Assembly: GCA_963780185.1 (NCBI GenBank)
Contig: CAWABA010000006.1
Span: 544,001 to 608,000, forward strand
Length of the DNA: 64,000 nt
From: Candidatus Bathyarchaeota archaeon
GTDB lineage: Archaea > Thermoproteota > Bathyarchaeia > Bathyarchaeales > Bathycorpusculaceae
Direction: 5' to 3'
Every line of letters starts with the position of its first letter. Position 1 is the stretch's first letter. The notes beneath the pieces are model-generated. The model was given only the letters and a program-made list of their open reading frames with translations. It ran no database searches and was not told where the DNA came from. The translations under genes were made by a program, and so were the position numbers. Shown piece by piece: positions 62,367-64,000 of this stretch.

Positions 62367-64000
62367 ATGGTTAATCAGCCTCCGCTTCGTGCACGCGGCG
62401 TCAAGGTGCTTAAAGCTGTTTCTTCACCGCTTAGGCTGCAAATCCTCAATTTGCTCTTTGACAGAAGCGCCCTGAGTTACACGGAACTCATGAACGCGTT
62501 GAAAATGAACCCGAGTCGAGACGCGGGCAGGTTCGCGTACCACCTAAAGTTCCTGCTGAAGGCTGATTTGGTTGAGGCGGATGTTGAAGCAAAAAAATAT
62601 TACCTGACTGATTTGGGCAAGATGGTTTTGGATGTGGCTGACCGTGTTGAAGCGAAGGCGGTCAAGCCCAGAGGCATGGTTGTTCGCACTTCGCATTTGA
62701 CGATGGAAGAGTTCGACGCCAACAAAATCGCGAATTCGCTCATAAAAGAGGCTAAGGTGCCTGCGGAGTTGGCGCAGAAAGCAGCGAAAGAAACCGAGAA
62801 ACGCCTGGTCAAGTCAAAAACCAAGTATCTTACCGCCGCGCTAATCCGCGAAGTCGTAAACGGGATTTTGATTGAGAAAGGCTATGAAGACTACCGTCAC
62901 AAACTCACACGCGTCGGCATGCCTGTGCACGAAGTAACTGCGCAGATTGAAGCTAAAGATCAAGCCTCAGATTCAGCAGCCATCATCACCAAGGCGGGTG
63001 AAGCGGTGCTGGAAGAGTACACGCTGCTTAACATTTTTCCAAGAGACATCGCTGACGCTCACCTCTCTGGCGCCATCCACATCGACGGCTTAGGCACCTG
63101 GATAACCAAACCAAATGAAGTCAACCATGACCTACGTTTTTTCCTGCAGAACGGACTCAAACTGGACAATCCCCTGCAAGCCAACATTGAGCCGCCCAGC
63201 ACCTTCGAATCGGCGCTTGCCATCGCGCTGGATGTTTTGCTGCATGCCAACAAAGAAGTCAGCCGAACCCAAACCTGCAGCTACTTCAACGTCTTCCTAG
63301 CCCCATACGCAAAAGGCGTCGATCCAGCGCGGCTTAAAGAAAACCTGCGCCTGTTCATCTTGAACCTGAACCAGCACTCGCAATCGGCGTTAGCGCTTGA
63401 ACTCTCCATTCCCAAAGCGACCGCGGAGAGGGAAGCCGTGGGTCCGAACGGAAAAATCTGCGGCAAATACAGCGACTACGCAGCAGAGAGCCAGCTTTTA
63501 GCTGCGTTGGCAATCGAGGTTTTTTCGGAGGAAAGCCAAAAGAAGCCGCTGCTTAACCCCAAGCTGATTATACGAGTTGGCAAAGAATCCTTCGCGGATG
63601 AAGCCTCAAAGATGCTTTTGCTTAAGGCGCATCAGTTGGCGGCTGAAAAAGGCGCACCTTACTTCGCCAATGCGTCGCGCAAAGAAACCGAAAATGCCGT
63701 CTACTCATCCACCGGCGTTAAACTTACTTCGGATTTGACAAGCGACTGGGAAACCGACACATTGCGCACGGGCTGCCTTGGCTGCGTAACAATTAACATG
63801 CCCAGAATCGCGTTGGAATGCGAGAAGGACAAAAACAAGTTTTTCGACCTTGCCCGCGAACGCTTCGAGCTTGCCGCCCGCGCCTTAGGAATAAAAGGCG
63901 CCGCTCTGAAGCAGTTCGGCAGAAACTCTTTGCCTTTCCTTCTGCGAAACGGCAACGGCGACGTTTACTTCAGGCTGGAAAACAGCAGCCGCATGATTAA
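62367..64000 (+). CDS. wHTH + ATP-cone + class III ribonucleotide reductase (NrdD)-like fusion, runs off window end
   Basis: Open frame from ATG 62367: SSPLRLQILNLL...AYHLKFL (ArsR-like), VVRTS...EEFDANKIANSL...LIREVV (ATP-cone), IADAHLSGAIHI, HDLRFF, PYF, DWETDTLRTG..G.VTINMPRIA (NrdD). Confidence 0.9.
   Translation, partial: MVNQPPLRARGVKVLKAVSSPLRLQILNLLFDRSALSYTELMNALKMNPSRDAGRFAYHLKFLLKADLVEADVEAKKYYLTDLGKMVLDVADRVEAKAVKPRGMVVRTSHLTMEEFDANKIANSLIKEAKVPAELAQKAAKETEKRLVKSKTKYLTAALIREVVNGILIEKGYEDYRHKLTRVGMPVHEVTAQIEAKDQASDSAAIITKAGEAVLEEYTLLNIFPRDIADAHLSGAIHIDGLGTWITKPNEVNHDLRFFLQNGLKLDNPLQANIEPPSTFESALAIALDVLLHANKEVSRTQTCSYFNVFLAPYAKGVDPARLKENLRLFILNLNQHSQSALALELSIPKATAEREAVGPNGKICGKYSDYAAESQLLAALAIEVFSEESQKKPLLNPKLIIRVGKESFADEASKMLLLKAHQLAAEKGAPYFANASRKETENAVYSSTGVKLTSDLTSDWETDTLRTGCLGCVTINMPRIALECEKDKNKFFDLARERFELAARALGIKGAALKQFGRNSLPFLLRNGNGDVYFRLENSSRMI

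Noticed and set aside
62600-64000. Short ORFs called in the track over the last 1.4 kb
   Set aside because: They are shadows of the long open + strand frame starting at 62367.

Overview
This is an archaeal chromosomal window, most likely Candidatus Bathyarchaeia (TACK). That call is inferred from the gene set: fibrillarin/Nop5, aIF-2beta, DUF424, DUF373, archaeal PpcA, TrmB, a BHB-intron tRNA and many single-pass surface proteins. Housekeeping genes (purA, uppS, rnhB, tpiA, flpA, nop5, ppcA, tag) are mixed with surface-protein genes, one of them a ~14.3 kb repeat protein. About seven otherwise intact genes carry single-base frameshifts, most simply explained as long-read indel errors. Five observations stand out. 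(1) An ORF missing from the ORF track (62367 to the window end) fuses a winged-HTH and an ATP-cone to a class III ribonucleotide reductase body that appears to lack both catalytic cysteines, a candidate dNTP-sensing pseudoenzyme transcription factor. (2) A ~490-nt highly base-paired intergenic region with its own TATA box (11150-11640) is a candidate large ncRNA. (3) A ~150-bp non-coding repeat occurs three times. Two inverted copies look like reciprocal recombinants flanking a 6.7-kb segment that may have been inverted. (4) An ORF+promoter+tRNA-Gly(GCC) unit is tandemly duplicated, giving one intron-containing tRNA and one intronless, covarying divergent tRNA. (5) Two paralogous small ribbon-helix-helix-like genes are divergently transcribed. 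All calls were made by eye, with no database searches.
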